Assembly: GCA_964187785.1 (NCBI GenBank)
Contig: OZ076409.1
Coordinates: 16,618,001 to 16,682,000 of the forward strand
Direction of reading: 5' to 3'
Origin: Amphiscolops sp. MND2022
Taxonomy: Eukaryota
Length of the DNA: 64,000 nt
In this document: in pieces, positions 10,368-21,790 of the stretch
Numbering within the stretch: the first letter of the stretch is position 1
Layout of the letters: every line of letters starts with the position of its first letter
Notes under the pieces: model-generated
The model's input: the letters and a program-made list of their open reading frames with translations, nothing else
The model's database searches: none
What the model was told of the DNA's origin: nothing
Translations under genes and position numbers: made by a program

Positions 10368-10926
10368 TTTTTGTCAGAAATGTGGTTTAACTTCGGTGAC
10401 AGTTTTGCAAAAGGGGTCAAATTGAAAAGATAGCAAAAAACGGACAACGCCATTAGAAAGAGCGTCCAAAAAAACCCCCATGCTGAAATTTTCGCCGCCA
10501 TCACTTGAATTTTCATTGAGTTATGTCATTTTTACTATTTTCACAAAATGTGGTTTAACTTCGGTGACAGTTTTGCAAAAGGGGTCAAAATGAACAGATA
10601 GCAAAAAACGGACAACGGCATTGGAAAGAGGGCCCAAAATTACCCCTAAAACGTGTTTTTCACACTCCTGAGTCGACTTTTGATAATACATGGAATTTCA
10701 TTTTTAAGCTTACTAATTTATGCTTTTCAGCATACATTTTCGTAATAGAGTCAAAATTTTGCTTTCTCACAATTTTTCTGGAATATTTTTGTTTCATCAG
10801 ATGTCAATAACTTGAAACGTCGTCTTTTCATGAGAATTTCTCCTCAAAACAAGTTGTTGGCTGGTAATGGTAAGTCCGTACCGCAGATAGGAGTCTCGCG
10901 CTCCAAAAATTGACTCTTTGCTTTTA

Positions 10927-11040
10927 GCCTAATTGTTGTGATAAACTTATTAAATAGGTAAGTATTCCAACCCTATTGATAAGTTTTATTTGAAAGCAGA
11001 CTGCGAAAGTGGTCTGCTGCCCAATTTTTTGAACAAGGAA
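10927..11040 (+). ncRNA. Putative SL RNA, uninterrupted
   Basis: Copy of 807-920. Confidence 0.85.
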
Positions 11041-11153
11041 CAAGCTAGTCTGCAGTAACTTAAAAGTTACGCGTATTTTGACCGAGAAAATTTTCGTATC
11101 ATTGTACGTAATTTTGTTGTTAAGCATATAAAGCTATTGATTTTACAATGATC

Positions 11154-11272
11154 GGCTACGACCATACCATGTTGAATGCACCGGTTCTCGTCCGATCACC
11201 GAAGTTAAACAACATAGGGCCTGGTTAGTACTTGGATGGGAGACCGCTTGGGAACACCAGGTGTTGTAGCCT
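11154..11272 (+). rRNA. 5S rRNA
   Basis: Copy of 129-247. Confidence 0.98.
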
Positions 11273-11831
11273 TTTTTGTCAGAAATGTGGTTTAACTTCG
11301 GTGACAGTTTTGCAAAAGGGGTCAAATTGAAAAGATAGCAAAAAACGGACAACGCCATTAGAAAGAGCGTCCAAAAAAACCCCCATGCTGAAATTTTCGC
11401 CGCCATCACTTGAATTTTCATTGAGTTATGTCATTTTTACTATTTTCACAAAATGTGGTTTAACTTCGGTGACAGTTTTGCAAAAGGGGTCAAAATGAAC
11501 AGATAGCAAAAAACGGACAACGGCATTGGAAAGAGGGCCCAAAATTACCCCTAAAACGTGTTTTTCACACTCCTGAGTCGACTTTTGATAATACATGGAA
11601 TTTCATTTTTAAGCTTACTAATTTATGCTTTTCAGCATACATTTTCGTAATAGAGTCAAAATTTTGCTTTCTCACAATTTTTCTGGAATATTTTTGTTTC
11701 ATCAGATGTCAATAACTTGAAACGTCGTCTTTTCATGAGAATTTCTCCTCAAAACAAGTTGTTGGCTGGTAATGGTAAGTCCGTACCGCAGATAGGAGTC
11801 TCGCGCTCCAAAAATTGACTCTTTGCTTTTA

Positions 11832-11945
11832 GCCTAATTGTTGTGATAAACTTATTAAATAGGTAAGTATTCCAACCCTATTGATAAGTTTTATTTGAAA
11901 GCAGACTGCGAAAGTGGTCTGCTGCCCAATTTTTTGAACAAGGAA
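11832..11945 (+). ncRNA. Putative SL RNA, uninterrupted
   Basis: Copy of 807-920. Confidence 0.85.
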
Positions 11946-12058
11946 CAAGCTAGTCTGCACTAACTTAAAAGTTACGCGTATTTTGACCGAGAAAATTTTC
12001 GTATCATTGTACGTAATTTTGTTGTTAAGCATATAAAGCTATTGATTTTACAATGATC

Positions 12059-12177
12059 GGCTACGACCATACCATGTTGAATGCACCGGTTCTCGTCCGA
12101 TCACCGAAGTTAAACAACATAGGGCCTGGTTAGTACTTGGATGGGAGACCGCTTGGGAACACCAGGTGTTGTAGCCT
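12059..12177 (+). rRNA. 5S rRNA
   Basis: Copy of 129-247. Confidence 0.98.
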
Positions 12178-12736
12178 TTTTTGTCAGAAATGTGGTTTAA
12201 CTTCGGTGACAGTTTTGCAAAAGGGGTCAAATTGAAAAGATAGCAAAAAACGGACAACGTCATTAGAAAGAGCGTCCAAAAAAACCCCCATGCTGAAATT
12301 TTCGCCGCCATCACTTGAATTTTCATTGAGTTATGTCATTTTTACTATTTTCACAAAATGTGGTTTAACTTCGGTGACAGTTTTGCAAAAGGGGTCAAAA
12401 TGAACAGATAGCAAAAAACGGACAACGGCATTGGAAAGAGGGCCCAAAATTACCCCTAAAACGTGTTTTTCACACTCCTGAGTCGACTTTTGATAATACA
12501 TGGAATTTCATTTTTAAGCTTACTAATTTATGCTTTTCAGCATACATTTTCGTAATAGAGTCAAAATTTTGCTTTCTCACAATTTTTCTGGAATATTTTT
12601 GTTTCATCAGATGTCAATAACTTGAAACGTCGTCTTTTCATGAGAATTTCTCCTCAAAACAAGTTGTTGGCTGGTAATGGTAAGTCCGTACCGCAGATAG
12701 GAGTCTCGCGCTCCAAAAATTGACTCTTTGCTTTTA

Positions 12737-12850
12737 GCCTAATTGTTGTGATAAACTTATTAAATAGGTAAGTATTCCAACCCTATTGATAAGTTTTATT
12801 TGAAAGCAGACTGCGAAAGTGGTCTGCTGCCCAATTTTTTGAACAAGGAA
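12737..12850 (+). ncRNA. Putative SL RNA, uninterrupted
   Basis: Copy of 807-920. Confidence 0.85.
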
Positions 12851-12963
12851 CAAGCTAGTCTGCACTAACTTAAAAGTTACGCGTATTTTGACCGAGAAAA
12901 TTTTCGTATCATTGTACGTAATTTTGTTGTTAAGCATATAAAGCTATTGATTTTACAATGATC

Positions 12964-13082
12964 GGCTACGACCATACCATGTTGAATGCACCGGTTCTCG
13001 TCCGATCACCGAAGTTAAACAACATAGGGCCTGGTTAGTACTTGGATGGGAGACCGCTTGGGAACACCAGGTGTTGTAGCCT
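12964..13082 (+). rRNA. 5S rRNA
   Basis: Copy of 129-247. Confidence 0.98.
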
Positions 13083-13678
13083 TTTTTGTCAGAAATGTGG
13101 TTTAACTTCGGTGACAGTTTTGCAAAAGGGGTCAAATTGAAAAGATAGCAAAAAACGGACAACGCCATTAGAAAGAGCGTCCAAAAAAACCCCCATGCTG
13201 AAATTTTCGCCGCCATCACTTGAATTTTCATTGAGTTATGTCATTTTTACTATTTTCACAAAATGTGGTTTAACTTCGGTGACAGTTTTGCAAAAGGGGT
13301 CAAAATGAACAGATAGCAAAAAACGGACAACGGCATTGGAAAGAGGGCCCAAAATTACCCCTAAAACGTGTTTTTCACACTCCTGAGTCTAATACATGGA
13401 ATTTCATTTTTAAGCTTACTAATTTATGCTTTTCAGCATACATTTTCGTAATAGAGTCAAAATTTTGCTTTCTCACAATTTTTCTGGAATATTTTTGTTT
13501 CATCAGATGTCAATAACTTGAAACGTCGTCTTTTCATGAGAATTTCTCCTCAAAACAAGTTGTTGGCTGGTAATGGTAAGTCCGTACCGCAGATAGGAGT
13601 CTCGCGCTCCAAAAATTGACTCTTTGCTTTTAGCCTAATTGTTGTGATAAACTTATTAAATAGGTAAGTATTCCAACC

Positions 13679-13791
13679 TCGGAATATTTCTTGCCTGTTT
13701 GAGGTGTTAATCACACATACTTATCAATAGGGCCCAAAAGCCAGTAACCAAAAACCAGTAACCAATAACCAACCTGTACTTACTGTTTGAA
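13679..13791 (+). mobile_element. 113-bp mini-element at the SL splice donor (variant 2)
   Basis: 17-bp duplication 13662-13678 / 13792-13808; nearly identical to 3677-3789. Confidence 0.8.
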
Positions 13792-13989
13792 AGGTAAGTA
13801 TTCCAACCCTATTGATAAGTTTTATTTGAAAGCAGACTGCGAAAGTGGTCTGCTGCCCATTTTTTTGAACAAGGAACAAGCTAGTCTGCACTAACTTAAA
13901 AGTTACGCGTATTTTGACCGAGAAAATTTTCGTATCATTGTACGTAATTTTGTTGTTAAGCATATAAAGCTATTGATTTTACAATGATC

Positions 13990-14108
13990 GGCTACGACCA
14001 TACCATGTTGAATGCACCGGTTCTCGTCCGATCACCGAAGTTAAACAACATAGGGCCTGGTTAGTACTTGGATGGGAGACCGCTTGGGAACACCAGGTGT
14101 TGTAGCCT
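13990..14108 (+). rRNA. 5S rRNA
   Basis: Copy of 129-247. Confidence 0.98.
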
Positions 14109-14667
14109 TTTTTGTCAGAAATGTGGTTTAACTTCGGTGACAGTTTTGCAAAAGGGGTCAAATTGAAAAGATAGCAAAAAACGGACAACGCCATTAGAAA
14201 GAGCGTCCAAAAAAACCCCCATGCTGAAATTTTCGCCGCCATCACTTGAATTTTCATTGAGTTATGTCATTTTTACTATTTTCACAAAATGTGGTTTAAC
14301 TTCGGTGACAGTTTTGCAAAAGGGGTCAAAATGAACAGATAGCAAAAAACGGACAACGGCATTGGAAAGAGGGCCCAAAATTACCCCTAAAACGTGTTTT
14401 TCACACTCCTGAGTCGACTTTTGATAATACATGGAATTTCATTTTTAAGCTTACTAATTTATGCTTTTCAGCATACATTTTCGTAATAGAGTCAAAATTT
14501 TGCTTTCTCACAATTTTTCTGGAATATTTTTGTTTCATCAGATGTCAATAACTTGAAACGTCGTCTTTTCATGAGAATTTCTCCTCAAAACAAGTTGTTG
14601 GCTGGTAATGGTAAGTCCGTACCGCAGATAGGAGTCTCGCGCTCCAAAAATTGACTCTTTGCTTTTA

Positions 14668-14781
14668 GCCTAATTGTTGTGATAAACTTATTAAATAGGT
14701 AAGTATTCCAACCCTATTGATAAGTTTTATTTGAAAGCAGACTGCGAAAGTGGTCTGCTGCCCATTTTTTTGAACAAGGAA
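14668..14781 (+). ncRNA. Putative SL RNA, last uninterrupted copy
   Basis: Copy of 807-920 (Sm site ATTTTTTTGA). Confidence 0.83.
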
Positions 14782-14894
14782 CAAGCTAGTCTGCACTAAC
14801 TTAAAAGTTACGCGTATTTTGACCGAGAAAATTTTCGTATCATTGTACGTAATTTTGTTGTTAAGCATATAAAGCTATTGATTTTACAATGATC

Positions 14895-15013
14895 GGCTAC
14901 GACCATACCATGTTGAATGCACCGGTTCTCGTCCGATCACCGAAGTTAAACAACATAGGGCCTGGTTAGTACTTGGATGGGAGACCGCTTGGGAACACCA
15001 GGTGTTGTAGCCT
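14895..15013 (+). rRNA. 5S rRNA
   Basis: Copy of 129-247. Confidence 0.98.
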
Positions 15014-15589
15014 TTTTTGTCAGAAATGTGGTTTAACTTCGGTGACAGTTTTGCAAAAGGGGTCAAATTGAAAAGATAGCAAAAAACGGACAACGCCATT
15101 AGAAAGAGCGTCCAAAAAAACCCCCATGCTGAAATTTTCGCCGCCATCACTTGAATTTTCATTGAGTTATGTCATTTTTACTATTTTCACAAAATGTGGT
15201 TTAACTTCGGTGACAGTTTTGCAAAAGGGGTCAAAATGAACAGATAGCAAAAAACGGACAACGGCATTGGAAAGAGGGCCCAAAATTACCCCTAAAACGT
15301 GTTTTTCACACTCCTGAGTCGACTTTTGATAATACATGGAATTTCATTTTTAAGCTTACTAATTTATGCTTTTCAGCATACATTTTCGTAATAGAGTCAA
15401 AATTTTGCTTTCTCACAATTTTTCTGGAATATTTTTGTTTCATCAGATGTCAATAACTTGAAACGTCGTCTTTTCATGAGAATTTCTCCTCAAAACAAGT
15501 TGTTGGCTGGTAATGGTAAGTCCGTACCGCAGATAGGAGTCTCGCGCTCCAAAAATTGACTCTTTGCTTTTAGCCTAATTGTTGTGATA

Positions 15590-17571
15590 CGGCGTTACTC
15601 TGTCAGCCTGCAAACTTCGTTTGCACAGCGCCATCTTGCAAATTTTGCAGCAAAAGTTGCAAAAGTAATGACTAATTTGAACACGAGTGAGCTTGATCAA
15701 CATCATAATGAAAATGTTGAGCAAAATTGTTACAAAAATGCAGTTATTTCCTCGTCGAAATCGAACTCAAATATGGACAAATTACCAATTATTATCAACT
15801 TTGCCTTACCACTGACATCTGAAATGTTCAAAAACAGCAAATTACTGGATTCAATGTTTGTGGAAGCTGTTATGGCCGTCAAAAACCGACTTATCTCCAA
15901 TGAAATTACCATCTTCAAAACTACAATTTTACGCAACAAAGGCAATTTGAAGTGTATTACTGTGATCATTCCTTACAAACTTGAAAATGCAGCTTCCTCT
16001 CTTATTCACGAGGGCATTACTCTTCGCAATCGGAAAATACGGCCTTATTCTGTCAAATATTCCAACCCGAACAACAATGTCTATCCAAAAAGATTACCAA
16101 TATCTTTCCGAAACCTACCACACTTTCTGACGGATGAGGATATTTTGAGTAGCTGTGGTCTTCAAAACTTCAAATTTAGTAGCAAAATTTCTCATCAACA
16201 ACGACGACTTCCTGATAGCAGCCTTTTTTATACAGGAGAGGCAAGAATTACAGTTTTAATTGACAATGAGAATGAGGAAAGTTTACTACAAAACTGGGCC
16301 AATAATGCATATGACAAAATGTTTAGTTCCAGTGGCATTTTTTTCAAATGTTGCTGTATCCCACTCCTCGAATGCTCTTTATGCGTCAATGAGAACCTTC
16401 CCAGTGCTCATCAACAATCAAGATGCCCAAAACAACTATCAGACGAACAGCAAATACAGAAAAACAGTGAATCTCAGAACCAAAAGTTAACAACTGACTA
16501 CGTTATGGAAACTGCAGAAACAGAGCCAATGTCTAATGAACCTGAACTGTCAGATTCAGATGATGCTGAACCAATCTCAAAGGCGCCAAAGCAGACCGAT
16601 GATGGTACTGAAACCGAATGCAATAACAACGTGGCAGAAACTGAACAACCATGCATTAACAACTCAAAGAAAGATACCAATCCTATGCAAAAACCTAAAC
16701 TAATACATCGCTCAACTGAATGGGAATCCTCAACAGACCTTGCCCGAAATCAAGCAGATGACCAACAGTCAACGGCAAAGCATGGATATCATGAATACCC
16801 ATTCTTTTTGGAAAAGAAACAAAACAAAATACTGGCACCCGAAACTATTTTCAACGAAATACCTCCTATAAAAGAACATGTGATCAAAACCCAACAAACT
16901 TCTGGCTACATCAATACACTAGACAAGGAAAAGAAAATTCAAAGGACCTTTTCACTCGTACAACCACTGAAGAAAGAAAAACTCGAAGATCTTTTATCTG
17001 AATCAAACTGGAAACATTCTGACTCTAACACTATTTTAACTTCTCTTTATGAATTTTACTCATTGATCCGGAAGTTTGATCCATTCTATGATGCTACAAA
17101 CCACCAAATTTACACTATTAATCTGCAGAATAAAATTGTACAAGTTTTCACTGCAGTTGAAAACTTATACAATGAAAACAAAAACTAAACTGAAAAATTT
17201 CGGACCTTTTTGACTGGAACTTTAAAGTTCTAAATCTCTACAATACCATCATCAATCAACCCAATTCCCAATTCTTTTCGAGCACTAGTTGTTCGCAACC
17301 TGTATGCAAAAAACGGGTTTTGAGAACAAACTCCTTCCAGGAGCAAACATCTTTTTTTTCATACATTCTCCAAACTACATTATACTAACTTCATACCAAA
17401 AAAAAACATTCCCATTTTGGCGCTTTCTCAAAAATGCCATAACCAAGCATCTTCATCTACATACTTCTGCTTTTTCAACACTTCAGTTACTCATATACTC
17501 ATTTTATACATATACCTTAGACTTCATTACTTTTTACTTGTAAATTCTCAGTTATTAATATAGTCTTCAAA
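15590..17571 (+). mobile_element. Family C ORF1-only non-autonomous retroelement, copy C1, in SL exon
   Basis: 18-bp TSD (15572-15589, 17572-17589); single ORF, no RT; last 25 nt identical to family B. Confidence 0.9.
15668..17188 (+). CDS. ORF1/gag-like protein, 506 aa: RRM-like region, CCHC knuckle, acidic linker, uncharacterised C-terminal domain
   Basis: YPKRLPISFRNLP...YTGEARITV and CSLC...HQQSRC align by eye with family B ORF1; first ATG at 15668 (the track GTG start lies in the TSD). Confidence 0.85.
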   Translation: MTNLNTSELDQHHNENVEQNCYKNAVISSSKSNSNMDKLPIIINFALPLTSEMFKNSKLLDSMFVEAVMAVKNRLISNEITIFKTTILRNKGNLKCITVIIPYKLENAASSLIHEGITLRNRKIRPYSVKYSNPNNNVYPKRLPISFRNLPHFLTDEDILSSCGLQNFKFSSKISHQQRRLPDSSLFYTGEARITVLIDNENEESLLQNWANNAYDKMFSSSGIFFKCCCIPLLECSLCVNENLPSAHQQSRCPKQLSDEQQIQKNSESQNQKLTTDYVMETAETEPMSNEPELSDSDDAEPISKAPKQTDDGTETECNNNVAETEQPCINNSKKDTNPMQKPKLIHRSTEWESSTDLARNQADDQQSTAKHGYHEYPFFLEKKQNKILAPETIFNEIPPIKEHVIKTQQTSGYINTLDKEKKIQRTFSLVQPLKKEKLEDLLSESNWKHSDSNTILTSLYEFYSLIRKFDPFYDATNHQIYTINLQNKIVQVFTAVENLYNENKN

Positions 17572-17799
17572 AGCCTAATTGTTGTGATAAACTTATCAAA
17601 TAGGTAAGTATTCCAACCCTATTGATAAGTTTTATTTGAAAGCTGACTGCGAAAGTGGTCTGCTGCCCAATTTTTTGAACAAGGAACAAGCTAGTCTGCA
17701 CTAACTTAAAAGTTACGCGTATTTTGACCGAGAAAATTTTCGTATCATTGTACGTAATTTTGTTGTTAAGCATATAAAGCCATTGATTTTACAATGATC

Positions 17800-17918
17800 G
17801 GCTACAACCATACCATGTTGAATGCACCGGTTCTCGTCCGATCACCGAAGTTAAACATTATAGGGCCTGGTTAGTACTTGGATGGGAGACCGCTTGGGAA
17901 CATCAGGTGTTGTAGCCT
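17800..17918 (+). rRNA. 5S rRNA variant (several substitutions)
   Basis: CTACAACC, AAACATTATAG, CATCAGG variants. Confidence 0.9.
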
Positions 17919-18494
17919 TTTTTGTCAGAAATGTGGTTTAACTTCGGTGACAGTTTTGCAAAAGGGGTCAAATTGAAAAGATAGCAAAAAACGGACAACG
18001 CCATTAGAAAGAGCGTCCAAAAAAACCCCCATGCTGAAATTTTTGCCGCCATCACTTGAATTTTCATTGAGTTATGTCATTTTTACTATTTTCACAAAAT
18101 GTGGTTTAACTTCGGTGACAGTTTTGCAAAAGGGGTCAAAATGAACAGATAGCAAAAAACGGACAACGGCATTGGAAAGAGGGCCCAAAATTACCCCTAA
18201 AACGTGTTTTTCACACTCCTGTGTCGACTTTTGATAATACATGGAATTTCATTTTTAAGCTTACTAATTTATGCTTTTCAGCATACATTTTCGTAATAGA
18301 GTCAAAATTTTGCTTTCTCACAATTTTTCTGGAATATTTTTGTTTCATCAGATGTCAATAACTTGAAACGTCGTCTTTTCATGAGAATTTCTCCTCAAAA
18401 CAAGTTGTTGGCTGGTAATGGTAAGTCCGTACCGCAGATAGGAGTCTCGCGCTCCAAAAATTGACTCTTTGCTTTTAGCCTAATTGTTGTGATA

Positions 18495-20480
18495 CGGCGT
18501 TACTCTGTCAGCCTGCAAACTTTGTTTGCACAGCGCCATCTTGCAAATTTTGCAGCAAAAGTTGCAAAAGTAATGACTAATTTGAACACGAGTGAGCTTG
18601 ATCAACATCATAATGAAAATGTTGAGCAAAATTGTTACAAAAATGCAGTTATTTCCTTGTCGAAATCGAACTCAAATATGGACAAATTACCAATTATTAT
18701 CAACTTTGCCTTACCACTGACATCTGAAATGTTCAAAAACAGCAAATTACTGGATTCAATGTTTGTGGAAGCTGTTATGGCTGTCAAAAACCGACTTAAC
18801 TCCAATGAAATTACCATCTTCAAAACTACAATTTTACGCAACAAAGGCAATTTGAAGTGTATTACTGTGATCATTCCTTACAAACTTGAAAATGCAGCTT
18901 CCTCTCTTATTCACGAGGGCATTACTCTTCGCAATCGGAAAATACGGCCTTATTCTGTCAATTATTCCAACCCAAACAACAATGTCTATCCAAAAAGATT
19001 ACCAATATCTTTCCGAAACCTACCACACTTTCTGACGGATGAGGATATTTTGAGTAGCTGTGGTCTTCAAAACTTCAAATTTAGTAGCAAAATTTTTCAT
19101 CAACAACGACGACTTCCTGATAGCAGCCTTTTTTATACAGGAGAGGCAAGAATTACAGTTTTAATTGACAATGAGAATGAGGAAAGTTTACTACAAAACT
19201 GGGCCAATAATGCATATGACAAAATGTTTAGTTCCAGTGGCATTTTTTTCAAATGTTGCTGTATCCCACTCCTCGAATGCTCTTTATGCGTCAATGAGAA
19301 CCTTCCCAGTGCTCATCAACAATCAAGATGCCCAAAACAACTATCAGACGAACAGCAAATACAGAAAAACAGTGAATCTCAGAACCAGAAGTTAACAAAT
19401 GACTATGTTATGGAAACTGCAGAAACAGAGCCAATGTCTAATGAACCTGAACTGTCAGATTCAGATGATGCTGAACCAATCTCAAAGGCGCCAAAGCAGA
19501 CCGATGATGGTACTGAAACCGAATGCAATAACAACGTGGCAGAAACTGAACAACCATGCATTAACAACTCAAAGAAAGATACCCATCCTATGCAAAAACC
19601 TGTATTAATGCATCGCTCAACTGAATGGAAATCCTCAACAGACCTTGCCCGAAATCAAGCAGATGACCAACAGTCAACGGCAAAGCATGGATATCATGAA
19701 TACCCATTCTTTTTGGAAAAGAAACAAAACAAAATACTGGCACCCGAAACTATTTTCAACGAAATACCTCCTATAAAAGAACATGTGATCAAAACCCAAC
19801 AAACTTCTGGCTACATCAATACACTAGACAAGGAAAAGAAAATTCAAAGGACCTTTTCACTCGTACAACCACTGAAGAAAAAAAAACTCGAAGATCTTTT
19901 ATCTGAATCAAACTGGAAACATTCTGACTCTAACACTATTTTAACTTCTCTTTATGAATTTTACCAATTAATCCGGAAGTTTGATCCATTCTATGATGCT
20001 ACAAACCACCAAATTCATACTATTAATCTGGAGAATAAAATTGTACAAGTTTTCACCGCAGTTGAAAACTTATACAATGAAAACAAAAACTAAACTGAAA
20101 AATTTCGGACCTTTTTGACTGCAACTTTAAAGTTCTAAATCTCTACAATACCATCATCAATCAACCCAATTCCCAATTCTTTTCGAGCACTAGTTGTTCG
20201 CAACCTGTATGCAAAAAACGGGTTTTGAAAACAAACTCCTTCCAGGAGCAAACATCTTTTTTTCATAAATTCTCCAAACTACATTATACTAACTTCATAC
20301 CTAAAAAAAAAAAAACATTCCCATTTTGGCACTTTCTCAAAAATGCCATAACCAAGCATCTTCATCTACATACTTCAGCTTTTTCAACACTTCAGTTACT
20401 CATATACTCATTTTATACCTATACCTTAGACTTCATTACTTTTTACTTGTAAATTCTCAGTTATTAATATAGTCTTCAAA
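18495..20480 (+). mobile_element. Family C element, copy C2
   Basis: TSD 18477-18494 / 20481-20498. Confidence 0.9.
18573..20093 (+). CDS. Family C ORF1-like protein, 506 aa, intact
   Basis: Near-identical to 15668-17188. Confidence 0.85.
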   Translation: MTNLNTSELDQHHNENVEQNCYKNAVISLSKSNSNMDKLPIIINFALPLTSEMFKNSKLLDSMFVEAVMAVKNRLNSNEITIFKTTILRNKGNLKCITVIIPYKLENAASSLIHEGITLRNRKIRPYSVNYSNPNNNVYPKRLPISFRNLPHFLTDEDILSSCGLQNFKFSSKIFHQQRRLPDSSLFYTGEARITVLIDNENEESLLQNWANNAYDKMFSSSGIFFKCCCIPLLECSLCVNENLPSAHQQSRCPKQLSDEQQIQKNSESQNQKLTNDYVMETAETEPMSNEPELSDSDDAEPISKAPKQTDDGTETECNNNVAETEQPCINNSKKDTHPMQKPVLMHRSTEWKSSTDLARNQADDQQSTAKHGYHEYPFFLEKKQNKILAPETIFNEIPPIKEHVIKTQQTSGYINTLDKEKKIQRTFSLVQPLKKKKLEDLLSESNWKHSDSNTILTSLYEFYQLIRKFDPFYDATNHQIHTINLENKIVQVFTAVENLYNENKN

Positions 20481-20708
20481 AGCCTAATTGTTGTGATAAA
20501 CTTATTAAATAGGTAAGTATTCCAACCCTATTGATAAGTTTTATTTGAAAGCAGACTGCGAAAGTGGTCTGCTGCCCAATTTTTTGAACAAGGAACAAGC
20601 TAGTCTGCACTAACTTAAAAGTTACGCGTATTTTGACCGAGAAAATTTTCGTATCATTGTACGTAATTTTGTTGTTAAGCATATAAAGCTATTGATTTTA
20701 CAATGATC

Positions 20709-20827
20709 GGCTACGACCATACCATGTTGAATGCACCGGTTCTCGTCCGATCACCGAAGTTAAACAACATAGGGCCTGGTTAGTACTTGGATGGGAGACC
20801 GCTTGGGAACACCAGGTGTTGTAGCCT
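20709..20827 (+). rRNA. 5S rRNA
   Basis: Copy of 129-247. Confidence 0.98.
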
Positions 20828-21790
20828 TTTTTGTCAGAAATGTGGTTTAACTTCGGTGACAGTTTTGCAAAAGGGGTCAAATTGAAAAGATAGCAAAAAA
20901 CGGACAACGCCATTAGAAAGAGCGTCCAAAAAAACCCCCATGCTGAAATTTTCGCCGCCATCACTTGAATTTTCATTGAGTTATGTCATTTTTACTATTT
21001 TCACAAAATGTGGTTTAACTTCGGTGACAGTTTTGCAAAAGGGGTCAAAATGAACAGATAGCAAAAAACGGACAACGGCATTGGAAAGAGGGCCCAAAAT
21101 TACCCCTAAAACGTGTTTTTCACACTCCTGAGTCGACTTTTGATAATACATGTAATTTCATTTTTAAGCTTACTAATTTATGCTTTTCAGCATACATTTT
21201 CGTAATAGAGTCAAAATTTTGCTTTCTCACAATTTTTCTGGAATATTTTTGTTTCATCAGATGTCAATAACTTGAAACGTCGTCTTTTCATGAGAATTTC
21301 TCCTCAAAACAAGTTGTTGGCTGGTAATGGTAAGTCCGTACCGCAGATAGGAGTCTCGCGCTCCAAAAATTGACTCTTTGCTTTTAGCCTAATTGTTGTG
21401 ATTTTACCCGAGGCGAACCGCTGCCAAATTTTAAAATCACCTCTCTCTGAGCTGTTTCAGCTCAAAAAGCACAAATTAATTTCGATTTGTCTTTCTCTGC
21501 TTTTCTGAACCGACTTTCTTTTACTTTACTTTTCCGAAATTTAACCAAATTTCGTTATTGAAATGAAACAAAAAGCGTTCAAAAAAACGCCAAATTCGCA
21601 AGAAAAATTCCCAAAATACTCTCCAACTGTTACTTTCGAAGGCAAAGCCTCCATCAGCGAGAATAACAATAGGGCCAACCCGACCAATTCTACTTCAATA
21701 AAAAAAAACAAAATGCGAAAAACTTTGCATCAGAATTCCTAAAACACAACGAAACTTCCAAAGCTTCATACAACAACAAATTACCATTAA

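Noticed and set aside
15584..15667. GTG-initiated N-terminal extension of the family C ORF (534 aa)
   Set aside because: The GTG lies in the TSD, and the 2-nt addition in C5 breaks this frame, so the ATG at 15668 is preferred
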